Source of the DNA: an uncultured delta proteobacterium
GTDB taxonomy: Bacteria; Myxococcota; Myxococcia; Myxococcales; Myxococcaceae
Length of the DNA: 64,000 bases
Assembly: GCA_963771175.1 (NCBI GenBank)
Contig: CAVYSY010000034.1
Location: 19,360 to 83,359 of the forward strand
Direction of reading: 5' to 3'
Shown: piece after piece, positions 21,526-30,718 of the stretch
Layout of the letters: each line of letters opens with the position of its first letter
How positions within the stretch are numbered: the first letter of the stretch is position 1
Translations under genes and position numbers: made by a program
Notes under the pieces: generated by a model
What the model saw: only the letters and a program-made list of their open reading frames with translations
Database searches by the model: none
What the model was told of the DNA's origin: nothing

Positions 21526-22502
21526 CAGCACCCCACCAGCTCCATCCACTTGTCCTCCACCTCCTCGGGAGAGGACACGGTGATACCGGTGATGCGCTTG
21601 AGGGCGTTGAAGATGAGCGTCTGCTTGCGCTCGATGGCGTCAGGGGCCTGCATGCCCTCGCGGTACTCCAGGTGGTCCCACCAGTTGACGTGCGTCTCCC
21701 GCTGCTCCACCCGCTCGCGCTTGCTGCCGTACATCTCACCGCCGTCGCGCAGGAAGAAGTGGGCCACGGAGAAGGCGTCCTTGGCCTTGTACTCGCCGCT
21801 GTCCACCAGCCCCTTGGCGAAGGCGATGAAGTAGTTCATGTGCTGGATTTCATCCGCGCCCACCTGCTTGAAGATCGCCTTGAGGCCCTCATCCTGGATG
21901 AGGCGCGCGCAGTTGCCGTAGTTGATGGCGGCGACGATCTCCGAGACGGCCAACAGCGTGAGGGTTCGCAGCGCGTCGTCGTCCGGGAAGACCTTGCGGA
22001 ACTCGATGAAGGTCTCATCGGAGATGGGCTCCATGCCGGTGAGGCTGGCGAGCCGGTTGAAGCACGTCTCGTGGTGGGCCTCCTCCTCGTTCCAGTAGCG
22101 GCTCCAGGTGCCGCACGCCTGCATGATGGAGGAGACGAAGTCGTTCCTACCCCGCCACCGGCGGCACTCGGTGTCGGCAAGCCGGGCGATGCGATCGGCG
22201 CCGGGCTTGGTGGTGAGCTCGGCGCGGCCCGCGTTCCACACCAGCAGGCGGTCCGAGTCGGAGAGCTTCTTCAGGTCCACCGCGGCGAGCATCTCCACCA
22301 CGCTCCAGCGACGCGCTTCATGCAGCCGCTGCTGCTCCCAGGTGATGTCCACCAGGGTGCGGCCCTCCTTGAAGGCCTGGTAGAGGTCCGCGACGATGAC
22401 GGGCTTGCCCGCGACCTCCTCCGGCGAGGCCGTGGCCAGCCCCTGCGCCGCCAGCGTCTCCCGCACCGACTGCTGGCCCGGGCCATGCGACGTCGTGCTC
22501 AT
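21525..22502 (-). CDS. Ferritin-like diiron-carboxylate enzyme (acyl-ACP desaturase-like fold)
   Basis: Ligand pattern E...WNEEEAHH...E(IVAAINY)...DEIQH resembles soluble desaturase W..EE..H and DE..H motifs. Translationally coupled to an ACP. Confidence 0.75.
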   Translation of the reverse strand: MSTTSHGPGQQSVRETLAAQGLATASPEEVAGKPVIVADLYQAFKEGRTLVDITWEQQRLHEARRWSVVEMLAAVDLKKLSDSDRLLVWNAGRAELTTKPGADRIARLADTECRRWRGRNDFVSSIMQACGTWSRYWNEEEAHHETCFNRLASLTGMEPISDETFIEFRKVFPDDDALRTLTLLAVSEIVAAINYGNCARLIQDEGLKAIFKQVGADEIQHMNYFIAFAKGLVDSGEYKAKDAFSVAHFFLRDGGEMYGSKRERVEQRETHVNWWDHLEYREGMQAPDAIERKQTLIFNALKRITGITVSSPEEVEDKWMELVGC

Positions 22503-22798
22503 GCCGCCTTCCCTCCCTGCTGCGTCTCCACCTCCTGGATGAAGACCTCCAGGACCTTGGAGACGGGGGTGTCCAGCGACAGGGCCGGCAGGCGCACCCT
22601 CACGCCGTGCTCCTTGCGCAGGGCGTTGGACGTCCGGGCAAACGCTTCCATCAGGTCCACGCTGTTGGTCATCCGCTCAGAGCGGGTGATGAGCGCCGAG
22701 AGCGTCAGGTCGGGGCCGAACACCTCCTCCTGCGTCAGCCCGACGTTCTCGCAGAACTTCGCCCGGATGTACTCTCTGAGTGCGCCTGCATCTGCCAT
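22499..22798 (-). CDS. Acyl carrier protein-like
   Basis: 99 aa, NSVDLMEAF (variant of DSL), C-terminal LP...DTPV..V. First gene of the FAAL/AcpS operon. Confidence 0.7.
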   Translation of the reverse strand: MADAGALREYIRAKFCENVGLTQEEVFGPDLTLSALITRSERMTNSVDLMEAFARTSNALRKEHGVRVRLPALSLDTPVSKVLEVFIQEVETQQGGKAA

Positions 22799-23030
22799 TG
22801 GAGTCCCCCTGCCGCTGAGCGGTCGAACTGTCTTCTAGATGATTTCGGGCCTTGCCGTCACCGCAAACCGCCAGGAAAGCAAGACTTCCATGGTGTGGTG
22901 GGATGGGGGATGATTCACCCAGGGTGTGGGACAAAGTGTTTCTGGACCCATCCTGCGAGGCCCGGATTCGAGGTAGCCTGACAGCCCGCCGCGCTGTCGC
23001 GGTCGCCACGAGCCACCGAGGTTCTCCGCC

Positions 23031-24131
23031 ATGGCCTTCACATGGGAGCAGCTCACTTCACGGTCCAGGGTCAGCTCGCGGTCGTTGTTCGGCGGCGGTG
23101 CATCCCCCGCCTCGCCCCAGCTCATCCCCCCGGCGGCTCCGCGGTTCTCCGTGCCGGTCCCTGAGCCCCTGTGGGTGCCCGTGGCCTATGTGACCGACGA
23201 CCGTCCTTCTCCGGCGCCTGGCATCTCGGCGCCGAGCGGTTGGTCCACGACGGTCCAGGTCCCGGTGTTCTACGGCCGGTTGCTGTGTGATTGGGCACCG
23301 TCGCGGACCCGGAAGCTGGGGGAGGGCGCGAGCACCATTCCCACTCTGCCCAAGGGCACGCTGCTGCTCTTCGACGGATGGACGTATGGCGACACGGTGA
23401 AAGGCATTCCCAGCGGCAAGCCGTACCAGGGCTGGTACCGGCTGCGCTCCTTCCCGCTGAACCTCGACAACCCCGAGGCAGTGAAGGCCGCGCTCTGCCA
23501 TCCCTGCAAGGACTTGTCGAACATGCATCAGTCGCAGTCCTTCCGGCACTACCTGGATGACACGGGGAGCACGGACGCGGGGCACGAGCACATCGGGTAC
23601 CACTCGGGAGAGGACTGGTCGAACAGGAGCACGTTCCCGGTGAAGTGCGTGGGCGACGGAGTGCTCCGGGTGTGCCAGACGGTCCGGAACGGCAGTGACG
23701 CCGTGGGCTACCTCGTGGTCATCGAGCACTCGAGCTACAGCGCTGGGAAGCAGAAGCTGGTGTCCCAGTTCCAGCACATGTCGAAGGTGGGCCCCATTGG
23801 CGCCTTCTTCACCAAGGGGACGCCGTTCGCGAGCACGGCCGTCTTCGAGCGGACCAAGACGAGGATGGCTCAGCATCTCCACTGGGAGATGCGGCTGCTG
23901 CCAGCCGATTGGGCGTGGGACGGGCCTGGGCGGTATTCCATTACCACCAACGGCAGCTGGCTCCAGGGAGGCTACTGGAGGGATCGGGCGAATCTCGAGA
24001 AGGATGGTTACCGATCCCCCCACTTCCTCGTGCAGGAGGGCCGGGTAACGATGGACCGTTACGTGGACCCCTCCAACCGCGAGACGGACGAGTACGACGC
24101 GAAGAACAGGAACAATCCCGCCGTGAAGTGA
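23031..24131 (+). CDS. M23-family metallopeptidase-like protein
   Basis: HSGED (HxxxD), VKCVGDG, GYLVVIEH, QH and HLHWE (HxH) in M23 order. No obvious signal peptide. Confidence 0.72.
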   Translation: MAFTWEQLTSRSRVSSRSLFGGGASPASPQLIPPAAPRFSVPVPEPLWVPVAYVTDDRPSPAPGISAPSGWSTTVQVPVFYGRLLCDWAPSRTRKLGEGASTIPTLPKGTLLLFDGWTYGDTVKGIPSGKPYQGWYRLRSFPLNLDNPEAVKAALCHPCKDLSNMHQSQSFRHYLDDTGSTDAGHEHIGYHSGEDWSNRSTFPVKCVGDGVLRVCQTVRNGSDAVGYLVVIEHSSYSAGKQKLVSQFQHMSKVGPIGAFFTKGTPFASTAVFERTKTRMAQHLHWEMRLLPADWAWDGPGRYSITTNGSWLQGGYWRDRANLEKDGYRSPHFLVQEGRVTMDRYVDPSNRETDEYDAKNRNNPAVK

Positions 24132-24182
24132 GGCGATACCTCAGCACCCGCCTCATGGCCGCGGCCATGTCCGGCCGGGTGG

Positions 24183-24671
24183 CTACTGCCGCACGGAGAT
24201 AGGGGCCACCTCGGCGTTGGCCACCTTCAGGAAGCCCTCTCGCTGGATGAAGATGGAGCGGTCCAGCCGACCGGAGTTGAAGACAATCTCCTCGTGCTCC
24301 AGCAGCTTCGGATCCACCACCAGCTTGAGGTCCGGGTGAAAGGACACCGGCGGGACAGAGCCCATCACACAGCCGGTGAGCTCCTCGGCAACGGGCGCGG
24401 GCGCGAACATGACGTGGGTGCCTCGGCCGAGCTCCTTCACGGCCTCCATGTCCACCTTGCAGTCGCCGGGCACCACGGCCAGGAAGTACCGCTTGTCCTT
24501 CTTGCCCTGCTTCACCATCAGCACCATCGCCTTGGCCGCTTGCGAGAGGATGTTGCCGCGAATCTGGCTGATGAGCTCGGTGCGCCCTTCGGGCTCGTGC
24601 TCCACCACGCGGAAGGAGGCGCCGTGCTCCTGGAAGAGGGAGACGAGCTTGTCGTGAACGTCGGTCGTCAT
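24183..24671 (-). CDS. YbaK/ProX-family aminoacyl-tRNA deacylase
   Basis: Start MTTDVHDK. AAKAMV, LTGCVMGSVPP and FNSGRLDRS motifs. Start overlaps the EamA stop. Confidence 0.85.
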   Translation of the reverse strand: MTTDVHDKLVSLFQEHGASFRVVEHEPEGRTELISQIRGNILSQAAKAMVLMVKQGKKDKRYFLAVVPGDCKVDMEAVKELGRGTHVMFAPAPVAEELTGCVMGSVPPVSFHPDLKLVVDPKLLEHEEIVFNSGRLDRSIFIQREGFLKVANAEVAPISVRQ

Positions 24672-25576
24672 GGGAGGATTGATCCTTTGGTGAGGGGAAC
24701 GCTCGCCGGCGCACGTAGGGGACTCAGCGGGCGCCGGCCCAGCACGATGAGCACCACGCCGGCGAAGACGAGCAGCGCGGCCCCCAGGCCTACCGGGCTC
24801 AGCCGCTCGGACAGCACCAGCGAGGAGGACGCCATGCCAAAGACAGGCACCAGCAGCGCGAAGGGCGCCACCACGTTGGGCGAGTACTTGCGGAACAGGT
24901 AGCCCCAGAGGCCGAAGGCGAGGATGGTGGCCAGAAAGCCCGTGTACAACACGGCCCCCATGCCCTTGAGGGTCATCAACCGCGAAAGCGCCTCCGCCTG
25001 ACCGTCCTCGAAGAGGAAGGACAGCACGAACAACGGTAGCGGAGGCACCACGCTCATCCACACCATCAGCTTGAAGGTATCCACCGCCGCCTTCTTGATG
25101 AGGATGTTGGCGAAAGCCCACGCCACCGCCGCCGCGATGACAAGCGAGAAGCCCAGGCCGCTGACGTTGCCCTGGCGTGTGGTGGCGATGAGCAGGATGC
25201 CGAAGAGCGCCACGCCCATGCCCACCCGCTGCCACGGCGACGGCGCGTCCTTGAGCAGGTATGCCGACAGCACCGCGGTGAAGAGCACCTGCGACTGGAG
25301 GGCCAGCGACGACAGACCCGCCGGCATCCCGGCCTTCACGCCCAGGTAGAGCAGCGAGTACTTCACCAGCCCCAGCACCAGTCCCACCTTCAGGATGGTG
25401 CCCCAGGAAATGGTGCCCCGCCGCAAGAAGAACACAGCGGGGAATGCCGCGAACAGGAAGCGCAGCCCGGAGAAGAGCAGGGGCGGAAACGTGTCCAGCC
25501 CCTCCTTGATGACGACGAAGTTGAAGCCCCAGATCGCCGCGACCAGTACGGCGAGGGCAATGTCACGAAGGGTCAT
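24668..25576 (-). CDS. EamA/DMT-family amino-acid exporter
   Basis: WGFNFVVIK, PP....LRF, about 10 TM segments, VAPFALLVPVFG. Confidence 0.9.
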   Translation of the reverse strand: MTLRDIALAVLVAAIWGFNFVVIKEGLDTFPPLLFSGLRFLFAAFPAVFFLRRGTISWGTILKVGLVLGLVKYSLLYLGVKAGMPAGLSSLALQSQVLFTAVLSAYLLKDAPSPWQRVGMGVALFGILLIATTRQGNVSGLGFSLVIAAAVAWAFANILIKKAAVDTFKLMVWMSVVPPLPLFVLSFLFEDGQAEALSRLMTLKGMGAVLYTGFLATILAFGLWGYLFRKYSPNVVAPFALLVPVFGMASSSLVLSERLSPVGLGAALLVFAGVVLIVLGRRPLSPLRAPASVPLTKGSILP

Positions 25577-25579
25577 GGA

Positions 25580-26398
25580 TCAACTCCACACTACCGCCTC
25601 GTCCAGCGCGTTACCAGGGAGCCCGATGAAGAAGCCCATCGTGAGCCGGTCCGCCCCGCCCACGCGCTCGATCGCATGGTAGTAGGTCGGGTTGAGCAGG
25701 TAGACGTCGCCCGTCTGCGGCTTGAAGACGTCGCAGGCGTAGCCACGGACGACCTCCTCGTCGTAGCCCAGGCCACCCTTGATCTTGTAGACCTCATCGT
25801 CCGGGTGCCACTTCTTCCGGTAGTGGTACAGCTCGCCACCGGTATCGCACTCCTGGAGGCACACCACGCAGCTCAGTTGTTGCTTGAGGTGGGCCACCCG
25901 AATGCCGATGTCGGCCGCGTCCCGCATGATGTTGTCGTTGTGCAACGGGTTGCGCACGCCATCCGCGTGGATGCGCACGATGCTCTCGGCGTAGATGCGG
26001 CCGTCCGGCTCGCGTGCCGGCTCGAACGAGCGCAGGCCGAGCACCTCCTTGAGGCGCTCGCGCACGCGAGTGCCCAGGTCGAAGCCGATCTCCCTGAAGA
26101 GGTCGTTCGTCTCCTTGGACTCGCGGAAGTACGCGTCCGGGTTGGAGAGGAAGCGGGCCAGGTAGGGCCCGATGGTGGTGAGGGCGCCATTGATGTAGCG
26201 CGTGGTGGAGGCGCGCGCGAACTGGGTCTTGATGCGCTCCCGGTTCGTGGCGAAGACCTCCTTGGGCAGCAGATCCCTCAGCACCACCACGCTGACGTCG
26301 CCGTTCACGAGTCGGCCGACCACGTCCGTCCCCAGCGTCTGCCCCCGCTCCACATGGTAAACGGCTCTTCCCCATTTCTCAGTATTTACGATGCTCAT
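25580..26398 (-). CDS. Fe(II)/2-oxoglutarate-dependent oxygenase
   Basis: HND (HxD)...GDVYL...YYHAI...R facial-triad pattern. Confidence 0.8.
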   Translation of the reverse strand: MSIVNTEKWGRAVYHVERGQTLGTDVVGRLVNGDVSVVVLRDLLPKEVFATNRERIKTQFARASTTRYINGALTTIGPYLARFLSNPDAYFRESKETNDLFREIGFDLGTRVRERLKEVLGLRSFEPAREPDGRIYAESIVRIHADGVRNPLHNDNIMRDAADIGIRVAHLKQQLSCVVCLQECDTGGELYHYRKKWHPDDEVYKIKGGLGYDEEVVRGYACDVFKPQTGDVYLLNPTYYHAIERVGGADRLTMGFFIGLPGNALDEAVVWS

Positions 26399-26413
26399 AC
26401 GATTGATCCTGCG

Positions 26414-27127
26414 TCAGGTGAGAGGAATTTCGAAGACCTGCTCGGCGGGTACCCGCTCCCAGCGCTCGGCGGGGCCGAGGGCGGGGATGACCTCCGAGGC
26501 AAAGATGAAGAAGTCCGGCCCGGCCAATCGGTGCATGTTGAAGTAGCGGGGGTAGGCCGTGCTGGAGGGCGTCCAGTGGATGAGGTACGCGTGGCGCGGG
26601 TTCACCGCGATGGCGTTGCCCGAGGAGCCGCCGGGAGGAATGGCTCGCAGCTTCTCCAGGGTGGCGCGCGGCTCCAGCACCTCGCGCTCGGCGTCCACCA
26701 CATACTCGAAGTACTCGCGAGAGTCGAAGTGGGACTGCTCCCGGCCCAGCAGTCTGTGCACCGTGGGCAGGAACCCGTTGTGCATGAAGTACCAGGGTCC
26801 GGAGGAGCCCTCGCGCTCCAGGGGGTGGGTGAACTCCAGGCCGGCGTTGCGAGCCAGCGTGGCATGGCGGACATGCACGGCCAGGAAGTCCGTCTCCACA
26901 CTCCACACCGGGGAGGACTCCACCACCCCGGTGGAGATGGGGCGCGTGTCCCGGTGCAGCGCCAGCCCGTGCGGCGCGCCGACCTGCTTCCACACCGCGC
27001 CCCAGCCGTTGGGATGGCAACGGGTGGGCCCCTCGTGATCGGCCGTGCGGCCCTCACTCATGGCGACGGCCGCGTTGATGATGGCCCGGGCGTCGAAGCG
27101 GCCCCGGGCAAGGATGAGACGGCACAT
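26414..27127 (-). CDS. Class II (Ntn) glutamine amidotransferase, EgtC/YafJ-like
   Basis: N-terminal MCRL nucleophile, HPNGWG, HVRHAT, THP, FMHNG, DS.E and ASE. Confidence 0.87.
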   Translation of the reverse strand: MCRLILARGRFDARAIINAAVAMSEGRTADHEGPTRCHPNGWGAVWKQVGAPHGLALHRDTRPISTGVVESSPVWSVETDFLAVHVRHATLARNAGLEFTHPLEREGSSGPWYFMHNGFLPTVHRLLGREQSHFDSREYFEYVVDAEREVLEPRATLEKLRAIPPGGSSGNAIAVNPRHAYLIHWTPSSTAYPRYFNMHRLAGPDFFIFASEVIPALGPAERWERVPAEQVFEIPLT

Positions 27128-27129
27128 GC

Positions 27130-28422
27130 TCAGACTCCCAGTCGACTCGCGATGCAGCCCCGCAGGTGTTGGCGCACCTCGTCGAGCGTGCTCCCGCGAA
27201 CGATGACGCGCCCGGCGAAGCCGGTGTGGCGCAGCTTGTCCGAAGCGAGCGTCTCCTCGCTCGGCGCGGACGAGCCCTCCTCGAACCGTGGCGGCGTGAT
27301 GCGCAGCACCTCCGCATCCACCCCCCGCGCGCGCAGTTGCTCACCAGCGACCAGCTCCTCCTCGGAGGTGCACGTCACCTGTCCCACGTAGGCACCTGGC
27401 CCCTCGCGCACGGGAGCGAGCACCAGGGCACGTTCGCCCAGGTGCACCTCGAAGACCAGCTCCGCCCACTTCATCCCGGTGGTTCTCTCCACCAGCGCCA
27501 CGATGCCGCCACCCGAGAGACGGAAGCCCATCTCCACGAAGAAGGCGCCGCGCGCGTTCTGGATGATGTCCACGTGGAAGGGCCCCTCGCGGTAGCCGGT
27601 GGCATCCAGGCAGGCCTGGGTGAGGGCACGCAGGGCAGGCGCGGTGCGGTCGCCGTGGGTGGCCATGTGGCCGGCCTCACGGAAGCCAGCGAGGCCCGAG
27701 GCACCCGGCGCGGGCTCGCGGGTGATGAACTTCTCGCAGGTGGTGAGGATGAAGGCGCGGCCCTCGGACGCCATGCCCTGGATGGAGTGCTCTCGCCCCT
27801 CGACGAACTCCTCCAGGATGACGCGCTCGAAAGGGGCGCCATCGTAGTTGGCCAGCGACGTCAGCGTGGCGAGCGCCCGGTCACGCTGCTCGGCGTTCTC
27901 GACGAGGAAGACCCCCAGGCCACCGCCTCCGTTGGAGGGTTTCACCACCAGGGGGAATCCCACGCGCGCCATGGCCCCCTCGGTGTCCGGGGCCCCCACG
28001 GCGAGGCTGGCGTGGCGGGGCTGGAGTACCTCGGGACACCTGCGGGTCAGCGCGTCGCGCTGGCCCCATTTGTCCACCGGATCGAAAGGGCCGTACGGCC
28101 AGCGATTGCGGGGGCCTTTCTCCAAGGCGGCCGCGAGCGTGAACGCGCTCGTCACGTAGCGCTCGAAGCCGGCGAGGAGCAGGGCCACCGTCACCCCACG
28201 TGCCTCGAGCGCCTGGCGCACCTCGGCGACGTCCGCGGGGTGCTCCACCGGCACCTCCACATCGAAGGGACGGCGGCCCAGGTGGCGGCGCCAGCGCAGG
28301 TAGGCGGGCGTCTCCACGAGAATGGCCTGCATGCCACGCCGGCGGGCGGCGTCAAGATAGGGGTCCAGCCCGTCCCGGGTCGCACCGACCTGGACGAAGG
28401 CGCCTGCGGATGTCGTTGTCAT
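27130..28422 (-). CDS. ATP-grasp ligase (L-amino-acid ligase-like)
   Basis: DK..QR, FPLVVKP..GGGG.GV, LEEFVEGREHS, GPFHVD and EMGFRLSGG. Confidence 0.87.
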   Translation of the reverse strand: MTTTSAGAFVQVGATRDGLDPYLDAARRRGMQAILVETPAYLRWRRHLGRRPFDVEVPVEHPADVAEVRQALEARGVTVALLLAGFERYVTSAFTLAAALEKGPRNRWPYGPFDPVDKWGQRDALTRRCPEVLQPRHASLAVGAPDTEGAMARVGFPLVVKPSNGGGGLGVFLVENAEQRDRALATLTSLANYDGAPFERVILEEFVEGREHSIQGMASEGRAFILTTCEKFITREPAPGASGLAGFREAGHMATHGDRTAPALRALTQACLDATGYREGPFHVDIIQNARGAFFVEMGFRLSGGGIVALVERTTGMKWAELVFEVHLGERALVLAPVREGPGAYVGQVTCTSEEELVAGEQLRARGVDAEVLRITPPRFEEGSSAPSEETLASDKLRHTGFAGRVIVRGSTLDEVRQHLRGCIASRLGV

Positions 28423-28432
28423 GTGATGAGGT

Positions 28433-29992
28433 TCAGCGGCCGGAGAGGGTTTCGCGCACGCCCGGCCCGTCAGGGGAGTGGCGCGTCTCGATGACGTCCT
28501 TGTGTGGATCGCGCTCCAGGATGGCGCCCAACATCCCCTTCTTCTCGCCCTCGCCCGTCGTGGAACCGAGGGGACGAGCATAGAGGGTGCGCATCTGGAA
28601 GAGGCTCAGGCCACTGTGCTGCTCGAGGGCAGCCCGCAGGTTCGCGGCCTCGCTGCCCGGAGCGGGCTCTCCACCGTCGCGCAGGAGCGAGTGGATGGCA
28701 GCGGTGCTCCCGGCCAGTGTGGGCTGCTCCCGCTGGAGGTAGAGCGCCAGGTTCCTCCCGGCATCCGTGAAGGGCGAGTACACCATGCAGACGAGCTGCA
28801 CTTCGTCCAGCCCGAAGGCCTCGGCCGCGAAGGTGTCCATCACTCCGCGCATGTTCAGGATGGACGCATCGTCCGCATAGCGCGCCCGCACCTTGTCGAC
28901 GAGCATCGGGGGGAACTGCTTCTTGTGCATCAGTGAGATGGCGAACTGGACGTACTCGGAGATGCCCTCGAGGTAGCTACGCCCGAAGAGCCGCTCGCAC
29001 TTGAGGCCGCGCAGGTGCGCCATCAGCGCCGGATTGGCGCAGTCGGATTCAGTGAAGCTGAAGGCCAGGTCGTCGAACTGGAAGCCGAGGTAGTCGGTCA
29101 GCAACTCCCAGTGGTCTCCGGAGGCGTAGGCGGTGTCGTCGTAGATGGAGAAGAACTGCAGGCTGCTGCGCACCCGCGACTCGATGCGTCGCTCGTGCAC
29201 GGCCTCCACGGCGTCCCCGCCGTGGATATCGCGGAAATACGCCTGGGAGATGTTGTTCATCGTCCCAAGGAAGCCCTTGAAACCGCTGCGCTCGGCGCCC
29301 TCGGTTCCCTCCAGCCCGAACTGCTGGGCAAGCCGGTTGACCCACACCAGATAGGCGCGCTGCTCCCGGCGCGAGTCACCGGTGACGATGAGGTCCACTC
29401 CTCCCGCATGGGCCGAGGCCAGACCAAAGGCATTCACCATGCTGAGATTGCAGGCATTGCAGAAGGAGGGCCGGGCATCCGCCAGCGTGCGGTGCCCCGT
29501 CATGAGCAGGTCCTCTCGGTTGCGCCGCAGCAGCGCTTCTGGCAGGGGGGTATCCACCTGGAACGTCCGCACCACGTTGCCGTCGATGAGCAGCAGCTCG
29601 CAATCCGGATCCTCGACGAGCTTCAGGGCGTCGTAGCAGCGGTGGATGTTCTCCATCACCGCCCGGGGCATGCCCGTGTGCCGATTGGTCACCACCCGCA
29701 TCCGGAAGGTGCTGCCGTAGACCCGGAAGAGGATGAGCTGGATGGCCCGGACAAAGGTCAGCATATAGGAGCTGTCCTTGCCGCCGCCGTATGCCACCAG
29801 CACGACGTTGCGCGAGAGGTCGCGCTTGTCTGGCAGCGAGGCATACATCTTCGCCGCGCAACGCATTGCGCCCTCGAGGTTCTCGGCGGAGAAGTATGGC
29901 CGCAACCGCGTGAAGGCCTCGTCGCGGAGTAGATGAACGACAATATTGGACTGAGCGCCGAGTTGAGCGCCGGTGCTGCCGACGACTTGCAT
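28433..29992 (-). CDS. PP-loop (adenine nucleotide alpha-hydrolase-like) ATP-dependent enzyme of unknown function
   Basis: VLVAYGGGKDS (SGGKDS variant), FCNAC and IVTGDS. GGGAGG RBS before MQVVGST. Confidence 0.72.
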   Translation of the reverse strand: MQVVGSTGAQLGAQSNIVVHLLRDEAFTRLRPYFSAENLEGAMRCAAKMYASLPDKRDLSRNVVLVAYGGGKDSSYMLTFVRAIQLILFRVYGSTFRMRVVTNRHTGMPRAVMENIHRCYDALKLVEDPDCELLLIDGNVVRTFQVDTPLPEALLRRNREDLLMTGHRTLADARPSFCNACNLSMVNAFGLASAHAGGVDLIVTGDSRREQRAYLVWVNRLAQQFGLEGTEGAERSGFKGFLGTMNNISQAYFRDIHGGDAVEAVHERRIESRVRSSLQFFSIYDDTAYASGDHWELLTDYLGFQFDDLAFSFTESDCANPALMAHLRGLKCERLFGRSYLEGISEYVQFAISLMHKKQFPPMLVDKVRARYADDASILNMRGVMDTFAAEAFGLDEVQLVCMVYSPFTDAGRNLALYLQREQPTLAGSTAAIHSLLRDGGEPAPGSEAANLRAALEQHSGLSLFQMRTLYARPLGSTTGEGEKKGMLGAILERDPHKDVIETRHSPDGPGVRETLSGR

Positions 29993-30192
29993 GCTGCCTC
30001 CCCACGTACCTTCACCGCCATCCCAGCGGAGAAGGTCGTCAGACAAGACCTGCTGTCATGGAATTCATCAGCATCGCTGCAATGAAAACCATATCGAGAC
30101 ACTCGCTGCGACCAGGCACCCACGCGGACGCGAGCACCGCCTACACCGCGCAGGCGAAGCTGCATTCGGTGCAGAATTACGAGGCGGCGGTT

Positions 30193-30465
30193 CTAGATCA
30201 CCTCGATGTCGTATCCCTTGAATGCAAACGCTCTCCGGATGTTCTCCACGATGCGAGCCCGCTCCGGTTCGTCGATCTCTCCCCCATCCCCCCAGGCCCT
30301 GATGCTTGACTTGTATATCACCAGGCCGGAGGGCCCCATCACCACCTCGGAGTCGACCTTCGCCGACCTCGAGCCCTCCGTGTATCTGAGTCCGGTCCTT
30401 CCCAGCACCTCGACGGCAAACCCTTCGTCACTCTCGATGACGTTGGTTCTCGGCTCTCGGAACAT
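30193..30465 (-). CDS. Imm74-like immunity protein
   Basis: 90 aa: VLGRTGLRY.EG...VDSE...VIY..SI..W...I...ER..IVENI..AF...G. Lies directly downstream of the RHS tip. Confidence 0.7.
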   Translation of the reverse strand: MFREPRTNVIESDEGFAVEVLGRTGLRYTEGSRSAKVDSEVVMGPSGLVIYKSSIRAWGDGGEIDEPERARIVENIRRAFAFKGYDIEVI

Positions 30466-30583
30466 GTGGACTTCCATCCCCTGAACTTTGGAATTCGCGC
30501 AAATATCCACAAACCAGCATACATGTCAATAATCAAATTATGAGAAAGACCGGCCAATCGTGAGAAGAGCCGGTTCGGCCAGC

Positions 30584-30718
30584 GCCCATCCAAGTGACGG
30601 ATGGGCAAAGCCCCATGCCATGAGCTGGAATTCGGGCTCGCGGCATGGGGCCGTTGGGAACTGGCGACCCGTCGTCCGGGGGCAGGCTTCAGTGGGCCTG
30701 CCCCCTCGTCACGGGTCG
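30584..30718. other. Three consecutive GC-rich hairpins between the RHS stop and the immunity gene
   Basis: GCCCATCC/GGATGGGC, GCCCCATGCC/GGCATGGGGC and CGACCCGT..GGGGGCAGGC/GCCTGCCCCC..ACGGGTCG. Confidence 0.6.

Noticed and set aside
25580..26398. Fe/2OG halogenase
   Set aside because: It retains HxD. Characterised halogenases have HxG/A at this position.
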